DNA from: Octopus bimaculoides
Taxonomy: Eukaryota
NCBI RefSeq assembly: GCF_001194135.2
Contig: NC_068996.1
Location: 38,083,107-38,147,106, forward strand
Length of the DNA: 64,000 nt
Reading direction: 5' to 3'
In this document: positions 40,257 through 52,104 of the stretch, in pieces
Numbering within the stretch: position 1 is the first letter of the stretch
How the letters are laid out: each line of letters opens with the position of its first letter
Translations under genes and position numbers: made by a program
The notes under the pieces: model-generated
What the model was told of the DNA's origin: nothing
Seen by the model: only the letters and a program-made list of their open reading frames with translations
The model's database searches: none

Positions 40257-42008
40257 AGAAGAAATACCTAGCCAAAGATAAACCTCTGTACCTAGCTTTT
40301 GTTGACATGGAGAAAGCCTTTGACAGGGTCCCCCGATCACTTATCTGGTGGTCAGTGCAGAAACTAGGGATAGATGAGTGGTTAATGAGAGCTGCACAGG
40401 GTTGCTTTCAGTAAGGTGAGGGTTGGCAATGAGCATAGTGAAGAATTCCGGGTAGGAGTCCACCAAGGATCAGTCCTCAGCCTCCTCCTATTCATCATAG
40501 TCCTCCAGGTAATAACAGGAATTCAAGAAAGGATGTCCCTGGGAACTTCTCTAAACTAATGACCTTGCTCTAATAGCTGAGTCACTATCAGAACTAGAGG
40601 AGAAGTTTCAGGTGGGGAAGCAAGGTCTAGAATCATAGGGCCTGAGAGTCAAACTAGCAAAAACCAAAGTCTTAATAAGTAGGAAGACAGACAAATCACA
40701 AACCCCTTCAGGTAGATGGCCCTGCTTGATCTATAGAAAAGCATAGGTGGAAACACCATAAGATGTACCCGGTGTAAGCTATGGACACATAAGAGGTGCA
40801 GCAATATCAAAGGAATGCTTACTGGGAAGATAGTTTTTGTGTGTGGTAAATGCTCAGGGGCAATAAACTCTGAAAATAGCAGAAAACAGCTTCCGTCACA
40901 TGCCAGGAGAAAAAGTAGAAGTAGTTGATAGCTTTCATTACCTAGAGGACCAAGTCAATAGAAGGGGTGGTTGCTCTGAAAGTGTAGCTGCTAGAATAAG
41001 AATAGCCTGGGCAAAGTTCAGAGAGCTCTTACCTCTGCTGGTGACAAAGGGCCTCTCGTTCAGTGTAAAAGGTAGACTGTATGACGCATGTGTGTGAACA
41101 GCCATGCTACATGGCAGTGAAACATGGGCTGTGATTGCTGAGTATATACATAAGCTTGCAAGGAATGAAACTAGTGTGCTCCACTGGATGTGTAATGTCA
41201 GTGTGCATACACGACAGAGTGGACATAAGAAGCATTAGATGTGGAATGCAAGAGAGTCGACTGCACTGGTATGGTCATGTGTTACGAATGTATGAGGACA
41301 GCTGTGTGAAGTGTCACACTCTAGCACTAGAGAGAACCTGTGGGTGTGGTAGACCCAGGAAAACCTGGGATGAAGTGGTGAAGCACAACCTTCGAACGTT
41401 AGGCCTTACAGAGGTGATGACAAATGACTGAGACCTTTGGAGATATGCTGTGCTTGAGAAGACCCAGCAAGCCAAGTAAGACCATAACCATGGCTTATGC
41501 CAGTACAGCATAACCAGCCCATTTAAGAGTATCCTTCAATCATTGGGCAATAAACCGCGCTTGCAAAGACCTGTTGAGTCAAGTGAAGTCATTGTCATGG
41601 CCAATGACTGTACTACCTGATTGGCATCCATGCCAGGGACACATAAAAAGCATCATTCGAATGTGATTGATGCCAGTGCTGCCTGACTGATCCTGTGCCG
41701 GTGGCACATAAAAAGAACCATTCGAGTGTGGTCGTTGCCACTACTGCCTAACTGGCTCCCATGCCAGTGGCACATAAAAAAGCACCATTCGAGTGTGGTC
41801 GATGCCAATACTGCCTGACTGGTCCTCGCGTCAGTGGCACGTAAAAAGTACCTACTACACTCTTGGAGTGGTTGGCGTTAGGAAGGCCATCCAGCTGTAG
41901 AAACTTTGCCAGATCAGATTGGAGCCTGGAGCAGCCCTCAGTCAAACCGTCCAACCCATGCCAGCATGGAAATCGGACGTTAAACGATGAAAATGATGAT
42001 GATGATGA
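40257..42008 (+). mobile_element. 5'-truncated RTE-clade LINE nested in the Gypsy element
   Basis: EKYLAKDKPLYLAFVDMEKAFDRVP RT motif; GVHQGSVLS; RLHWYGHVLRM; GRPRKTW; 3' UTR and (GAT)n tail. Confidence 0.92.
41632..41860 (+). repeat. 65-67-bp tandem repeat inside the RTE 3' UTR
   Basis: Units starting GCCAGTGGCACATAAAAAGCACCATTCGAG at about 41632, 41697, 41763 and 41830. Confidence 0.85.
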
Positions 42009-43653
42009 AAAGATGGTGGGACAGAAGCAGTAGTAAGACTACAGACAGTCAGAGTAAGCTTAGTCCTTCAAAATAGTGTCTCAGTAGAAGAGTAATGTTT
42101 AAGGATGTTTTATTCCAGGATGACATTAAAACGAAAACTAGGGATGACAGTGAATGTAAGACAGTCATAATCATTTGAAAATTCTACACTAACTTGAAAC
42201 TCCACTAACCTTAGAAGTAAGAGAGGTAGATGACATTGAGATCTAACCGTCTGTAGAATTTACCTGTCACTGGTGTCTGTTTATTAGTTTCTTAAGGGAG
42301 CTTTCCAAGTTTCTTGTCTTCTTATGCTTTGGATTTCCTTGGATATCCATAACAGGACATGACATACAATGAGGTGAAGCAGAGTGTAGATCTGTTGTGA
42401 ATACCACCAAAGATGTAGATTGAGATTGGCATACCTTGGTGTAATGTCCCTTCTTATCACAATCATTACATAATATTTCGGTAGGACATTTTGATCATGG
42501 ATATCACTTTGACTCACAGAAGTAAAATTTGGGGTAAACAGCTGCAACTGATGAGGGGTGATCTGGATGCATATAAGAATAATTTTCCTGCTGAGTCTTT
42601 GGAACTTCAACATTGGCTGCATTAACTGAGAGAGGTTGTGTAAAAGATACAGAATATTTTGCAGCTATTTCCAGAGTATATGCAATCTGTAGATCTAGTG
42701 ATTTATTTTCAAGTAAACATTGTCTTACCTGCAAGTAAGAAAGGCAATTAACAAAAGACATTCCTTATACAGTCATCCTAGTATTGCTCAGCAATTACTG
42801 CTTTAAAGTTGCAATCCTTTGCTAAGAGCGAAGCCAAAGCTTATTCATTTTTTTGGTTTGATGTATATAGCCGGCAGAATATTAATAGCAGTATCATATA
42901 TAGACACATCAGCAATATATTCAAACAATTTTAGTGATACATAATTGATTAAGAGTTTCAGCTTGTAATCTTGTCCTTCGACTGGTAGCAATGCAATAAA
43001 GTTTTGAAATGTTTTCTGCCAGTGTAGCCACTGTTCAACAGCATGTGTGTCACTGAGGTTAGCATCCAAATGTTCATGGCAGAGGAAACTTTTTATAATA
43101 AAATGTTGAATAAATTGAAATAAAATTAAGATTTATTTAACATCTACCATTCTCAGATTTTATTCTATATTTTAACAAAGTACTTGCTACTAACTGGAGG
43201 ATGGCATCAAAACAAGACAGATTTCTAATAGTACAACAAACAAGGGAGGCTACTTAGTACTATAATGACATGATAGTACAGCTATAAAAGAACAGTTAAA
43301 TGTTAACTATCTTGTTTGTATTTTTCCAGGTGGGTGTTATAATTCGACTGGAGTTACCTAGATGTACATTTATCAATCATTCATACGAATTATTGAACCT
43401 GGGAATCTCCTTCATAATTTTCATTATTACATTTATTTTATTGTTCATTTAGATCTTTTTAAAAGTACAAGGGTTTTATACGCTTGTACATTTTATTGAA
43501 ATAAGCATTATGCTTTCATGTTATTATGTAGTTCTTACATCATAGTTCTTGTAAAAGCAAAATATGTATATTTAATACATTTTAGATATTTTTTCTCTTC
43601 ATTTTGAAAATTTACGTTTATTGTGGCTTTCTTTTTTTTCTCTGCACATTCAG

Positions 43654-43762
43654 ATGGTTAAAACAAGAACAAGAGATGGAGAAAATGTCCAAAGATTTAA
43701 GTAGTGCCCCAAAACTTGACCTCAGTCTAAAAGAAGGGCAAACTATGAAATTAAATATTGGT
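43654..43762 (+). CDS. NECAP: NECAP coding exon 5 (WLKQEQEMEKMSKDLSSAPKLDLSLKEGQTMKLNIG)
   Basis: Long pyrimidine tract plus CAG|; KLDLxxKEGQT (KEG) motif; GGT|GTAAGT donor, phase 0. Confidence 0.95.
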
Positions 43763-44734
43763 GTAAGTTGCTAAAAACAGATTTTTTTTTTTAATGCTAA
43801 GTATGTCTTAATCTGAATCACTTAGCAAGAAAAATGTTTTGCTTCAATATTTGCATATATTATCTTTTGCACATGTCAGTAAGAGAGTGAGTGATAAATG
43901 AAGTGATAGCCTCAATTATCCACCTCTTTAGCTGTGAATGCTTTTCAAAAAGAGAACTGAAATCAGATACAAAAATTTCCATATAATATGCCAAACAAGA
44001 ATTTCATAACCAAGTAAATTAATGAATTATTACATATAAAATATTACATTTTTTTCAAATTCCAGTAGTAAACCTGATAGTTAATAGATATAATAAATAT
44101 GTTTGTTAATTATTTAAAATTTTAATGGTAATAACAATAATTTCTTTGGTTTGGTACCTGCTACAAAGTATATGTAAAGAGGATAGTAAAAACAAAAATG
44201 TTGGTGGAATTCAGAGATCTCTTATTTCTGTGAATTATTGATCATCAAGATAACAATGCTAACCGTGCCAATAAGAGAATGGGTGTATGCTTGTGTGATT
44301 GTGAGACTGAACCCGGAACTATGTGGTTGAGACTGAACCTGGAACCATGTGATTGGGAAGCAAGCTTTTTATCACACGGCCACTGCTGTACCTATATGCA
44401 TATTTATACCATCATCATTTAATATCCATGTTCCTTGCTGGCATGGGTTGGATGGTTTGACCAGGATCAGGTGGATCGAAGGTCTGTTTCATACCCCAGT
44501 GTCTGCTTTGGTATAGTTCCTATAACTGGATGCCCTTTCTAATGCCAACTACTTTACAGTATGTACTGGGTGCTTTTCTTCTGCCATCGGCACTAGTGAG
44601 GTCGCCATGCAGCTCACAAACATATAAAATTCCAGGAACAGGGATTTATGCTAGCAGATGAGGGTTGAAGTTTGAGAGATGGTGGTGGGGCAGTGCAGGT
44701 TCTTGTAGGGTGTGTGTGTGTGTGTGTGTGGCCT

Positions 44735-45050
44735 GCATTACCATCAGTTACAACGATGAGTGTTTGAGTTGATATGATCAACTGAACAACCTGCTTGAGA
44801 AATTAACATGCATGTGGCTGAGCACTCCACAGACACACATACTCTTCATTGTAGTTCTCAGGGAGATTCAGCATGACACAGAATGCGAAATGGCGGCCCT
44901 TTTGAATTACAGGTACAACCCATTTTTGCCAGCTGAGTGGTCTGGAGCAACGAAAAATAAAGTGTCTTGCTCAAGGACACAATGCACCACTTGGAATCAA
45001 ACTCATGACCTTGTGGTCTTGAGCTGTATATCCAAATCACTAAGCCACAC
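44735..45050 (-). mobile_element. tRNA-derived SINE
   Basis: - strand head GTGGCTTAGTG...GAGTTTGATTCC followed by TGTGTCCTTGAGCAAGACACTT. Confidence 0.65.
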
Positions 45051-45052
45051 TC

Positions 45053-45101
<49 letters not shown>

Positions 45102-46332
45102 TACAACGACACTCGCAGCATACGTATGACGCCTAAAGGACGATCATACATCCTTTAACATTAGGTGGAAATTATTAGAAACTTGTGGACCCTATCGCAA
45201 TGGAACAAAGCTATGTAAATTATGTATGACAGAAAGATATATCATCCTAATGAATTCACATGAGCCAGGAAGCTACCTGAACTCCAGGAGGGAAGCTGTG
45301 GGGAGTTGTCCATATTTTCGGAAATTTTTGCTTCCAAATTGGAAAACCTAGCTATCAAGCGAAGGGAGATAACTCGCCCGGCCGTAAATTTTAACAGTAA
45401 TTTTCCTTCAACTATCACCGGCGTTCATGTGTTTTTAAAAACATCTTTTGCAAAAAACAAACATTGTTTAGAAAAACTGATATGTCTCATTCACTCTAGA
45501 TATGAAACCAATGGTATTTCTCTAAATTTATTACGTTACACACACATATGCATAATTGGGCTACATTAAGTTTCCATCGACCAAATCCACTCGTCAGCCC
45601 AGAACTACAGTAAAAAAAACACTTACCCAAGGTGTCACACAGTGGGACTGAACCCAGAACCGTGTAATTTGCAAGAAAGAAATACTTTTCTAAGCCGCTC
45701 TGTTTCCTTTACGAAAACTATTTCTCTTCTTACTGGATAATTTTCTTCAACAAAAATCATTCTTTCATTTCAACGTGATAATCTAATTTTCATTGATCCA
45801 AGGCTGGGTAACTTAGCTAGTATGTACATAACATGGTTTTGGGTTCTGTTCCAGTGCATAGCACCTTGGGTATGTCCCCTCTACTTTAATCTGGGGCCAG
45901 CCAAGGCCCTGTGAGTGGATTTGGTGGGCAGAGACTGGTGGGGGACAAACACAAAAACACACAGAAACACGTGTATGTATGTATGTGTGTGTTTGTTCCC
46001 TACCACTGCTTAACACCCAGTGTTGGTTTATTTACATCCCCTAATTTTGTAGTTTAGCAAAAGAGACCAATAGAATAAATAGCAGACTTAAAAAGTAAGT
46101 ACTGGGGTCCATTTGTTTAATTAGATCCTTCTAGGCAGTGCCCCAGTATGGCCTCAATCCTATGACTGAAACAAGTAAAAAATGAAATATATTGCTATAT
46201 TTTCAAGCTTTCTTTTTCTAGTATGTTATTTAGGATATATAGCTATTTATGATTAGATGACTTTTCATTTTTCATGTAAATTTGTTTAAAGTGAAAATAA
46301 ATTTGTGAATAATCCTTTTATTCTTGATTTAG

Positions 46333-46703
46333 GTAAAGCGCAATGAAAGTGGGACGAAACAACGATCAAAAGGACCTGGTACTGCCGGAGGATTACTCCC
46401 TCCTCCACCAGGTCCTAATATCAAAATAATGCCTTCCTCTGGTAGCCAACAAATTTCAAGCTCAACAAATCATACAAAAGCAACAGCCATTCAAGGAAGT
46501 CATGAAAACATTCCAAATAATAAGCCATCATCAGTAACTGCCATTGAAGATTTGTTGTGTGATTTGGGCACAAACAACAAATTTGCAACAGATGCATCTA
46601 CCAGCAGAACTGATTCATCTAATAAAATTATATCTCCTTTATATAATGCGTCTGGTGCAAGTAATAACACACTTGTAGATTCTAGCTGGGGTGACTTTAC
46701 CAG
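46333..46703 (+). CDS. NECAP: NECAP coding exon 6 (VKRNESGTKQRSKGPGTAGGLLPPPPGP...EDLLCDL...SSWGDFT-S)
   Basis: TTGATTTAG| acceptor in phase 0; GGLLPPPP motif and WGDF motif; AG|GTATGT donor; includes ORF-track 46429..46761. Confidence 0.92.
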
Positions 46704-46916
46704 GTATGTAAAAATTGTTTATTTCAAGTATATGTCTTGTGTAAAATATTTAAATCCTTAAACATTATCGTCATGTGGTAGATTTCTATGTATGTGCATT
46801 GTGTATTTTTTTGTGTTTATTTTGCATATTTTAGCTAAATAACATACTTTATTATAGAAAAACTTGTACATTTATGAATCTTTCTGTAATTATAAATATT
46901 CTGTTTTGTTTTCCAG

Positions 46917-46953
46917 TTCACACAGTTCTGCCAGCAATTGGGTTCAGTTTTGA
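46917..46953 (+). CDS. NECAP: NECAP terminal coding exon (SHSSASNWVQF*)
   Basis: CTGTTTTGTTTTCCAG| acceptor; C-terminal WVQF-stop is the NECAP AP-2 alpha-ear binding motif; total CDS 891 nt, divisible by 3. Confidence 0.96.
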
Positions 46954-49500
46954 ACAAGACCTCCTCTTAATTGATATAACGATTGGAGCTGTTCACCGAC
47001 CTTATGTTTTTATATAAAAACAACAAATATTAATTGGAAATTATTGTTTTTCAATTAATTATTTGTTAATATTTTTAAAATCTTTGTTAAAGTTCTTTAT
47101 TTATCTCTTCACAATCATCTTATCTCCCTACCCTTTGTTTTACCTTTCCCTCCCTCTTTAAATACTATCCATTTTATTTCAAACGTAATTTTCATTTTTA
47201 ATGTTTTAAATTTTGATTCATTATGAAACATTACAATTAAATTTATCTACAGTATTAAGCCATTGAACCATTAGATCCATATAGCTATATTTGTAATTGT
47301 TTGTAAAAATCTAAAATAGCTATCTAGTTCTATACTATTGCAAATTGGTTAATTGCTTCAATTCAGAACTAAATTGGCTCTAAATATTTATGCAGAACAT
47401 TTTCTCAAAGAGCAGCCTTTCCTTCCTTCATTGAGCACATGTTCTCTGACTACAGTTAAATTTTTAATTAATCAGTTGATTTTAAATAAATATTTCATGA
47501 AAGGATATTATTGTAGTTGCTGATTGATAATTTGTTGAGAATGGTTATATTCATAGTTTACATACATACACACACATGCACACGCACATCTCTTCATACA
47601 TAAACAAAATGAATATATACAGATATGTACAAATGGACTTAAACTTTATGAAGCTTGATACTTTTATAATATTTTGCTTTAGTTATGTATTTATGTAAAG
47701 AATTTATTAATGAAATATAATACATATCTAAACCACACAAGCTTTTTAAATGGATTTTTAAAATGTTTGCCAAAATTTAACAGAAAGTACCCTATAAAAC
47801 TTTTATTATATTTCTTGAATACTTAATAAAAAACGAAAGAGTCCTATGTATGCAAACTCTTTTTATTCTTTGAAAATGATTATTTTTTTTATAATTAACA
47901 AAATATCCAGCAATAAATAAGGCTTGTATTATCATATATTGTTTAATTATTGAAAATTTGTGTATTCTTTTCTCAAAGTAAGTGAATCATAACTAAATTT
48001 TCTTTTCGTTTATCTTTCTTGGTTTCCTAACTTTATATACAAGCCTTTAGAAATATAGCAATTTTTTAATATAGGAGCCAAAATTTGTAAGATGTTTTCA
48101 AAACATTATTTTAAAAAAGCTAAATTTAATTCTGAAAACCACTGAAACCACCTGTACATCTCCTATAAATTAAAATAAATCTACTTGATTTTATAGATTA
48201 ATTTTTAATTGCTGAATAATGGAGAAATGTTCTTCTTCAACTGAGATAATTAAATTGAATATCTATTAATGATTGATATAAATTTGTTGCTTCTAAACTA
48301 AATCTGTATGCTTGTAAATTGCCATTCAATTATCTAAGTTTAAACAATAATAATCCTTTTATATTTTTTTTAACCCTTGGTTACATTTGAAAATTTGACT
48401 GTTAGGCATTGTGTGGAACATTTTAAACTAAGAATTAGGATGCACAAAGCTTAAAGTATAATTTATTTGAAAGAGCCAACAAGATTAACAAGTATACAAG
48501 TGTCTTCACTTGTCACAATGTAATTATCATTTCTGAGATAACGGCATATTATTCATAATTAGGATGAAATTAAAATAATATATTTTCTAGATCTGAACAT
48601 ATTTTTTTTAAAAATTCAATAAACATTTTTATTTTTTTATACAGTTTTATAACATAACTCATAATAGATTAGCTAAAAACGACCTAAACGAATTAGATCT
48701 TTCATCAGTCACATTGTTGTTTTAATATTTACATTTTTTCTTCCTTTGTTTTATTTTCTACTTCTAATTTTATCAGTCTTAAAGTAATACTGAAATGTCT
48801 TACTGTGAAAACAAACTCAAAATTATAAGATATCTATTATATAAAAATATGTGTAAGTATTTGTAAAAAAAAAAGATCATTGCTTGTTAATAAACAAGTG
48901 TAAATGTCATTTCCTGCTTCATATCTGCTCAGCTGCATACTTGGATGTGAGCACATATGATTTAAGCATGCATTTTAAGTTTCAAAGCTTTTCATCACAC
49001 CAGCCGTAGGTTGTGAACAATAAGTAAGAATATGCTAGTTAACTTCTTTTGTCATCCTTAATACTTTACTATAATCCACATTCTTAGATTACATTATTGT
49101 ACCAAGGTGTGACAGCTGTTACTGCTACCACTTTTTTATTGCTTCATGGAAAAATTGGTGTTGAAATTATAGCAACAATATTACTATTTGTATATTTTTT
49201 GCATTAAATATTAAGGCAGTTATTATTTAACTGCATTTTCTACTCATCTTTTTTAATAAATCCTATGACTTATAGATATATTTTTCAAAGCTATTTATTT
49301 TATATCTTTTTCATTTTTATGTTTATGTTTTGAACTTATCAGTAAAATTTATGCATTTAGAAAAGACAGATGTCATATTTTAAGGAGACAGTTGTCAGAA
49401 GAATTCTTAACTAAGAATAAGCTACTTTCTTTTGCATTTGTCTGTCTGAAGAATCTCCACATTTTATAGCCTGGTGATTACTGAAAATGCAAGATGTAAA
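46954..49500 (+). other. Probable long AT-rich NECAP 3' UTR
   Basis: About 2.5 kb with no recognisable interspersed repeats after the stop; AATAAA at 47485, 47825, 48618 and 49255; true end unknown. Confidence 0.5.
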
Positions 49501-49520
49501 TGAATGGTTTGAGAATACTT

Positions 49521-50183
49521 TTAACATTTAAATAAACCATATCTGGCCCAAATATTCTACCTTTCTTATGTTCAAAATGGCTAAATCCACCCTCTCGCAT
49601 ATACCTTACAATGTCATTCTTAAAATAAGCAATCACATCGTTGAAATCTCAAAGCTCTGAGATAAGCCATGATTTATTCAAAACAATGTGAATATAATAA
49701 GCATTGCATTTGACAGAAATCTGAATGCTAAAGAGTTAAACCAACCATATCTAGCTCAGGTATTTTACCTTTTTTATGTTCAAACTGGCCAACTGTAGCT
49801 CCTCACACCTAGCCTGCAATATCATTCTAAAAATAAACAATCACATCATTGAAATCTCAAAGCTATGAGATAAGCCATGATTTATTTAAAACCATGTGAA
49901 TAAATAAGCATTACATTTAACAGAGTAAGCTAAATGCTAAAGTATTAAACCAGCCATATCTAGCCAAAATACTCTGGCTATGTCCAGCCCAGATATTCTA
50001 CTTTTTTTTTTTATGTTCAAACTGACCGACTCTTGCTTCTCATTCCTACCCTACAATATCATTCTTAAAATAAGCAATTACATCATTGAAATCTGAAGGT
50101 TATGAGCTAATACAGGTTTAATTTTAAAAAGTGTGAATAAATAAGCATTACATTTGACATAATAATGTGAATGCTAAAGTAAA
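49521..50183. repeat. Head-to-tail trimer of the TTAA-flanked MITE
   Basis: Three ~215-230-bp units (49521, ~49740, ~49951), each ending ATGCTAAAG.(T/G)TAA. Confidence 0.85.
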
Positions 50184-51294
50184 AGAGGAGTATGGTAAGA
50201 TCAGATTTGGCAGCAAATTCATTCAACTCACAATGTGGATAGGTGTCACCTGGATCTATATATTACAATAACTGAGTTAATATTGCAGGAAGTTTGGGGC
50301 AGGTCTTTACAAAAATATACAGGGGGTGGGGTGGGGGTGAAACTTCATTGCTTAATCTGCCAAGTAACAAGAGGAAATGTTTCAATCATACTGGAAGAAG
50401 AATTACCATTCCTCCTCCCACTACTACCAAAAAAAAGCTAATGTACCAACCCTAACCCTCACCTTATCTAGTATTTAGAAGCTGCAACCAATGGATAATG
50501 TAAAAGATGCATAAGGTTCTTGAGGGATTTGATAAAGAGCCAAAACTTCAAATGTGCTAAATGGATGGTGATAACAATCCTCTTAGTATTCAGTCCATGA
50601 CTTTCTTAAATGGCTCACTTGGCATGGTTGATATTTGCTGTAAATTAGTTCTTAAGTTAACTATAATAGAAAAAATATGCATGAAATAAGGTAGAAGAAA
50701 TTTAACTATTTAGGTGCAGTCTTTGCTTCCCAACCATCTGGTTTCAGGTTCAGTCCTGCTGCACAAAACCTATAACCCCTAGTCAACCAAAGCCTTGTGA
50801 GTGGATTTGGTAGAGAAACTGAAAGAAGCTCATTCTCTGTGTGTGTCTTTGTAATATCTTTGTCCCCCACCATGGCTTGACAAATTATGTTGGTTTGTTT
50901 ACATCCCCACAATTTAGGGGTCCAGCGAACAAAAAGGACCAATAGAATGAGCGCTAAGTTTAGGGAAAAAAAGATTAAGTACTTGAGTCGATTCATTCTG
51001 CTAAACCCTTCAAGGTGGTGCCCCAGCATAACCACAGTCCAATGACTGAAACAAGTAAAAGATAACTATCGCTGATAGTAAAGTGTTCCACTTTCTATGC
51101 AAAGGCAGAACATATGGATCATGACGAAAAAAAGTGTAGTGCTGTATGACAGATATAAACATTGAATGCAGATCAATGAAAGCCAGTGCTTGAAAGAAAT
51201 AATGCAAGCATAATTCGTTAGGTATCTAATATATACCTGTAGGCAAGGCAGAGCACAACTGGAAAAAGTTGGTAATTGATCATTAAGTATATTG

Positions 51295-51710
51295 TGGAGG
51301 CTTAGTGGTTAGGGTGTTGGACTCGAGATTGTAAGATTCTGGTTTCGATTCCTGGATTGGGTGATGTGTTGTGCTCTTGAGCAAATCATTTCAATTCATG
51401 TTGCTCCAGTCCATTCATCTTGGTAAAAATGAGTAATCCTGTGATAGACTGGTGTCCTGTCCAGTGGGGAAATATATGTGCCACAGAAACCAGGATACTG
51501 ACCAAAAGTGGAGGTGTGTGGCTTAATGGTTATGTTGTTGGACTCATAATCATAAGATTGTGGTTTCTATTCCTAGAATGAGTGATGTGTTGTGCTCTTG
51601 AGTAAAACACTTCCTTTTGTGTTGTTGCAGTCCGTTCAGAAGGTAAAAATGAGTAAACCTTATGATGGACTGGTGTCCCATCCAGGGAGGAATATATACA
51701 ATGTGGACTA
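51295..51710 (+). mobile_element. Tandem pair of tRNA-derived SINEs
   Basis: Two heads (GGCTTAGTGGTTAGG..GGTTTCGATTCC; GGCTTAATGGTTA..GGTTTCTATTCC), each followed by GATRGACTGGTGTCC..TCCAG. Confidence 0.65.
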
Positions 51711-51886
51711 GCTATAACCAACAGTTTTTATCAGTCAAAGTGTGTGGCAGAAATAACTGTACTGGTATAGATAATGGGTAATGAGAAGACAAAAGTTGTT
51801 TTGTGCTCTTACTAGAATCAATGATGGTAGAGAAAGAAATGATGAGATCAAATTATGGGATGATGGGCTTCAAAGCTGAAGTTTAA

Positions 51887-52104
51887 CCCTTTAGCATTCA
51901 GATTACTCTCTCAAATGTTATATTTATTTACTCATATTGTTGTGAATCAATCATGTATTATCTCATAGCTTTGAGATTTCAGTGAAGTGATTGTTAAGTT
52001 TTTAGAATGACATTGAGGGTATGTGTGAGTGGCTGGATCTGGTCAGTTTGAACATAAAACGGAGAATATTGGGGCTGGATTTGGCCAGTTTGAATGCTAG
52101 AAGC
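51887..52104. mobile_element. TTAA-flanked MITE, opposite orientation to the trimer
   Basis: TTAA|CCCTTTAGCATTC...GAATGCTAGAAGC|TTAA. Confidence 0.8.

Larger units (their letters stand above)
38250..43275 (-). mobile_element. Degenerate Ty3/Gypsy LTR retrotransposon in NECAP intron 4
   Basis: gag (42845-43069, QWLHWQKTFQNF), protease region (ISMSSTSLTSKVSG), RT (RLLKDGIIEPSKSPW, 39980-40204), RNase H (EQKYS..KREAYTIVE..RLRHYLLG), integrase (WELVLPDAL); diverged LTR-like direct repeats at ~38250-38375 and ~43167-43272. Confidence 0.88.

Noticed and set aside
41632-41860. Regular ~66-bp repeat resembling a CRISPR array
   Set aside because: Whole units are homologous with no unique spacers; eukaryotic context, inside a LINE 3' UTR, no cas genes.
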